Shown: piece after piece, positions 58,280 to 64,000 of the stretch
Position numbering within the stretch: the first letter of the stretch is position 1
Layout of the letters: every line of letters begins with the position of its first letter
Assembly: GCF_009914755.1 (NCBI RefSeq)
Contig: NC_060935.1
DNA from: the human T2T-CHM13v2.0 reference genome, Homo sapiens
Length of the DNA stretch: 64,000 bases
Strand: one strand, 5' to 3'
Translations under genes and position numbers: made by a program
The notes under the pieces: model-generated
What the model was told of the DNA's origin: nothing
Databases searched by the model: none
Seen by the model: only the letters and a program-made list of their open reading frames with translations

Positions 58280-58765
58280 GGGAGCTGGCCTTGGTATTCT
58301 GTTGAATATAAACAATTTCAGAGAACATCAGCATCGGACAAGGTCACTCTGTGACCGTGAGGGAGCAAGACAGAAACAGAACCACTCCATCGTCACATCT
58401 GAATGCTGGCAAAGGTGAACACTGTCCAAACCACAAAAGGCATGAAACATCCCTCTTTCTCCCATAAGAGAGTGACTGTTGTTTCCTTACCAATTACAGC
58501 ATTAGCCTCCAACTAATCTTCTCTCCTTCTGGGCAAGACTCATTAAGATAGTCCGTCATAGACATACCCCCACCTCTGACAGCATCCAAGCCAGAGAGAA
58601 GCCTGGCTTCCCTAAACCCTGACTGAAATCACTGAACATGGGCACAAATCCTCCTATAAGTCCTTTCTAGCACCCTCTTATTGAAATTCCCCAGAGTGCA
58701 GGAGTAATATACCCAATTTGTTCAACTGCAGATGTATTCCTGGTGCTCTTTCACTAGAGTGGCAG
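58280..58765 (+). mobile_element. MER67-like ERV1 LTR
   Basis: GTTGAATATAAACAATTTCA..AACATCA..GACAAGGTCACTCTGTGACC...GTTCAACTGCAGATGTATTCCTGGTG. Confidence 0.65.
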
Positions 58766-59312
58766 ATTAATTTAGAAAAAGGCTTGCTTTAGTTTTCTAT
58801 CAGGAAAGACATAATTCAATTTATTCACATCTCCTTGGATATCTGTACAGTTGTGAGGTTTTGTTCATATATAATAGCTATTAATACATATTGTAAAGTT
58901 TATTTCTTCTTAGCTTATATTAATAATTGTTTCTATTAAGAACTGAGGGGCTGGGCATGATGATTCACACCTGTAATTCCAGTGCTTTAGGAGGCCAAGA
59001 TGGGGGAGGATTGCTTGAAGCCAGGAGTTTGAGACCGGCCTGGGAAACATAGCAAGACTCCGTTCCTACAAAGAAAAAAATTTTTTTAAACATGAGTGGG
59101 GCACAGTGGCATGTGCCTGTAGTCCCAGCTACTCAAGAAGCTAAGGTGGGAAGATCACTTAAGCCAAGGAGTTTGAGGCTGCCGTTCGAGTCACGATTGC
59201 ACCACTGCACACCAGCCTGGGTTACGGAGGGAGACCCTTTCTCTAAAAACCAAAATTGGGGCTTTTATTTTTTTCATTTTATTTTCTAACTGATTTTCTT
59301 TTTAATCTATAG

Positions 59313-59532
59313 CAGGGGTTGGCAAACTTTTTCTGTAAGGGGTCAAATAGTAAATATTTTAGGTTTTGTGGACTTTATGGCTTCTGTCGCAGCTACTCAA
59401 CTTCACCGTTATAGCATGAAAGCAGCCATAGACAATACATAAATGAATGAGCGTTGTTGTGTTCCAGTAAATCTTTGCAGAAACAGACAAGGGGTTGGAT
59501 TTGAACCACAGGCCATAGTTTTCAGACCCCTT
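59313..59532 (+). mobile_element. MER58A (hAT-Charlie) DNA transposon
   Basis: CAGGGGTTGGCAAACT...AGTTTTCAGACCCCT inverted termini; 8-bp TSD ATCTATAG/GTCTATAG. Confidence 0.88.
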
Positions 59533-60592
59533 GTCTATAGCAAACCTGTTGATTTTTATATGTCCATTTTTAAACTAGATATCGACTGAATTATTTTGTT
59601 CCTAATGATTTTTATTTTATTTTAAGATCCCCAGAATTAGTCACCTCTCTTTCAAATAATAATTTTTACCTCACCATTACATCTTCTTTTTGTTTTTTGT
59701 TTTTTGTTTTTTTTTTTTCATTACACCTTGTAATTTGTTTTCTTTTCTAATTGCCTTGGCCAGTACTTGCAGAACAGTCTCTCAAATGTTACTGGTATCA
59801 GAGGACAACATTGTCTTTTTCCTGAAACTTTCACGGGAGTGCTTCTGCTGTTTCACCAATAATCATGAAACTGCCTTTTGACTTGTTATATATGTCTCAT
59901 TAAAGCTGTACTACTAAGAGCTTTTAAAAATTGGGAGTAGATGTTGGATCTTATTTTTTATTTTTATGTTTTTGGTTTTGCAAGTTTCCTGTAGTCTGGA
60001 TATTAGTAATTGCATTCCTATAGTGTCAAGGTAATCTATACCTGTATTTTCTGTAATTACATCTAGAAGCTTAATTCGATTCTTTGGGGAGGGGAGAGGG
60101 CAAGACTACTTCATGGGTGGTTTTGTGTTTTTCCCTCTTTTTGTGAGGTTAGCAGCCATAGATGATCATTGCCTAGATCCTTTAATTCATTAGAGGTTAA
60201 AACGCGTGTGTACGCGCACACACACACACACACACATATTTTTGGGACAGAGTCTCACCTGGTAGCCCAGGCTGGAGCGCGGTGGCGCGATCTTGGCTCA
60301 CTCAGCTCAACCTCTGTCTCCCGGGTTCAAGCAATTCTCCTGCCTTGGCCTCCTGAGTAGCTGGGATTACAGGCGCATGCCACCATGCCAGGCTAATTTT
60401 TGTATTTTTAGTAGAGATGGGGTTTTACCATGTTGGCCAGGCTGGTCTCCAAATCCTTACCTCAAGTGATCTGCTCCCCTCCCTTGGGCTCCCAAAGTGC
60501 TGGGATCACAGGCGTGAGGCATGGTGCCCAGCCTAAAACTGATATTCTAAGTCCTCTCATTTCTTCTTCATTTACTAGCTGAAATAGGTCTA

Positions 60593-61040
<448 letters not shown>

Positions 61041-61414
61041 TTAAATAAATAAATATAAATAAAAATAATAAATAATGGATTAACACTTTTATGTTTCACA
61101 TAATTGTGGTTATTATTCTTACTGAGGTGCAAATTTCCCCATCTTCTGCCAGTGGAAGCCTCTTCAAGTTATCTCCTGAATCTTTCGATATGACCCTAGT
61201 GATCTTTTATACATATCTTTGTTTTCCAGTACCACAAGATGTTCCTGGCTCATCTTGTACATTTCCTGCCCCAGACTTGGAATTATACATCTCTCCAAAG
61301 ATCGCTGGTTCCCTTCAGTGGGAAATGATATTTAGTAATCCAATCTGATACTAGATGTATTCATTGCTACTGAGTTAGCCTTTGTTTCTAGATATTTCCA
61401 GTGGACAAAGCTAG

Positions 61415-61905
<491 letters not shown>

Positions 61906-61924
61906 TGAGCCACCTCGCCCGGCC

Positions 61925-63005
61925 AGGAGGCTTAGTCTTAATAAAAATTTGGAAAGAAAGATTCCCCTGAGGATCAATTACAACCGAAATGACAGAGCCC
62001 CTATCAGGTGTTGTTGAGTATCCCCTCTGCTGCTAAACTTCAGGGAATAACTTGTTGGGTACACCTGTCTAGGATTAAACCTGTTTCTTATGAGTCACAG
62101 GCACAAAAGCAGGATACCACGACCTACATCTGTGAACCTTTGGAGGACCTCTGCTACCTATTTAAAAGAATCAATATTCAGCCATAAGTGGTAACGTGAC
62201 GCCGTGGGTGGGAACATTTTTCTCTTCTTCCTGATTGTAATACTTCTTTTCTGTCGCTTTGGGCAACTACCTCCTCCCAGGAAACATCTCTTGTCCTTGT
62301 TGGGTGTAGAGGCCACTCTAAGGCCCAAGTGGATACCATGTGCCACTGTTAATCCTGTTGCTCTCCCAATTAACCTAATCCTGTGTAAGTGGGAACAAAA
62401 CTTTATAGTAAATATTTCAAAAATTATAGCTTTAGGAAATCATCTTCATGGTTGCTGGATTTGTCATCAACATCCCTAGGATAGAGAATTTCACCTTCTG
62501 GCCGATCCAAAAACTCTCTTGGCTAACTCCCTAGCCCTCTTCACCATCCATAGCAATCTCAAAGTACCCAGACCCCGACCATTAGGTGGAAATTTCTGTC
62601 GTGCACTTGATGGATTCTACCTGAAATCCCCCACCACTATTGCCTGGACCTGGGAAGGCGTGTGTCTAGATCTCCAGGGCACTCATGATTCTATCAAGGC
62701 ATGTATCTAGATCTCTAGGGCACTCATGATTCTGTCAAGGCGTGTATCTAGATCTCCAGGGCACTAATGATTCTATCTTTTGCAACCACTGTTGTGTTAA
62801 TGACACAAAAGTGGAAGTTTCCCCACAATGCTGTGACCCAACTGTAGTTGCCAAGTTCCCAAGGCCACAGCAAGATAAATAAGATTCCACTTGTGAGCAA
62901 GGAGACCATATACAGTGCCTTCTCCCAGATCAGAACATACAGAGAAAAAAACAACTGCCTAATCTGGGAAGGTGAGATTACCGCCCCCTTCTGGAAAACA
63001 AGGGC
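61925..63005 (+). mobile_element. Second MER66/ERV-V-like pol-end/env fragment
   Basis: Colinear homology to 21100-22720; CKWEQNFIVNISKIIALGNHLHGCWICHQHP; interrupted by the KRT8 retrocopy. Confidence 0.82.
62655..62777 (+). repeat. 3 x 41-bp tandem repeat within env
   Basis: AAGGC(G/A)TGT(G/A)TCTAGATCTC(C/T)AGGGCACT(C/A)ATGATTCT(A/G)TC at 62655, 62696 and 62737. Confidence 0.92.
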
Positions 63006-63015
63006 TGACCTAGAG

Positions 63016-64000
63016 GAAGCTTCTCCATCCTTGAATCTACATCTGGTTCGGCCTGCCTACCTCCACTCCTGCCTCCATCGTGTCCATCACGGTGACCCAG
63101 AAGCCCTACAAGGCATCCATCTCTGGCCCCTGGGCCTTCAGCAGCCGCTCCTACACCAGTGGTCCCGGTGCCCACATCAGCTCCTTGAGCTTCTCCCAAG
63201 TGGGCAGCAGCAGCAGCTTCTGGAGTGGCCTAGGCACCAGCATGAGTCTGGGTGGTGGCTATGGTGGGGCAGTGGTATGGGGTGGGGGTGGGCGACACAG
63301 CCATCATGGTGAACCAGAGTCTGCTGAGCCCCCTTAAGCTGGACCTGGACCCCAATATCCAGGCTGTGCATACCCAGGAGAAGGAGCAGATCAAGACCCT
63401 CAACAAGTTTGCCTCCTTCATCGACAAGGTGCAGTTCCTGGAGCAGCAGAACAAATGCTGGAGACTAAGTGGAGCATCCTGCAGCAGCAGAAGACAGCTG
63501 GGAGCAACATGGACAGCGTGTTTGAGAGCCACATCCACAGCCTTGGGCAGCAGCTGGACACTGGGCCAGGAGAAGCTGAAGGTGGAGGCAGATCTTGGCA
63601 ACACGCAGGGGCTGCTGGAAGACTTCAACGATAAGTACCAGGATGAGATCAACGAGTGGACAGAGATGGGGAATGAATTTGCCTTCATCGAGAAGGATGT
63701 GGATGGAGCTTACATGAACAAGGCAGTGCTGGAGTCTCACCTGGAAGGGCTGACTGACAAGATCAACTTCCCCAGAGAGCTGTGTGAAGAGGAGATCTGG
63801 AAGCTGCAGTCCCAGATCTCGGACACGTCTGTGTGCTGTCCATGGACAACAGCCACTCCCTGGACGTGGATGGCATCATCGCGGAGGTCAACGCCCAGTA
63901 CGAGGAGATCGCCCACTGCGGCCAGGCAAGGCTAAGAGTCTGCACCAGGTCAAGGATGAGGAGTTGCAGACACTGGCTGGGAAGCACGGGGATGACCTGC
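63016..64000 (+). pseudogene. KRT8P26: Keratin 8 processed pseudogene (runs off the window edge)
   Basis: Intronless KRT8 5'UTR and CDS homology (SITVTQKPYKASISGPWAFSSRSYTSGPG; VNQSLLSPLKLDLDPNIQAVHTQEKEQIKTLNKFASFIDKVQFLEQQNK). Start ATG mutated to GTG at 63080, with several frameshifts. The number P26 is from recalled locus annotation. Confidence 0.9.

Noticed and set aside
62655-62777. CRISPR-like array
   Set aside because: Head-to-tail repeats without spacers in a primate ERV; no cas genes
63080-63935. Functional keratin gene
   Set aside because: Intronless, start codon lost, and homology split across frames by frameshifts

Overview
Human (primate) genomic DNA recognisable as the 11q13.1 locus: KAT5 (TIP60; 14 coding exons on +, 513 aa), RNASEH2C (4 coding exons on -, 164 aa) tail-to-tail with KAT5, and the 5' part of a KRT8 processed pseudogene at the right edge. 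The first ~47 kb are intergenic and almost entirely transposon-derived. They contain very dense Alus, L1/L2/MIR remnants, a 7SL pseudogene, solo LTRs (LTR13, MER41A, MER51A, THE1D, MLT2) and a ~12.4 kb two-LTR ERV1 provirus that splits an old Alu. That provirus hosts a second ERV (MER66/ERV-V-like env) and an unidentified polyadenylated retrocopy. Nearly all ORFs in the supplied track are Alu/L1 artefacts. I found no convincing novel biological system. The best leads are the unidentified retrocopy, the nested ERV architecture, the KAT5/RNASEH2C antisense 3' overlap, an in-frame upstream acceptor at KAT5 exon 5 and a 43-codon KAT5 uORF. Repeat subfamily names come from recalled consensus sequences and need RepeatMasker confirmation.
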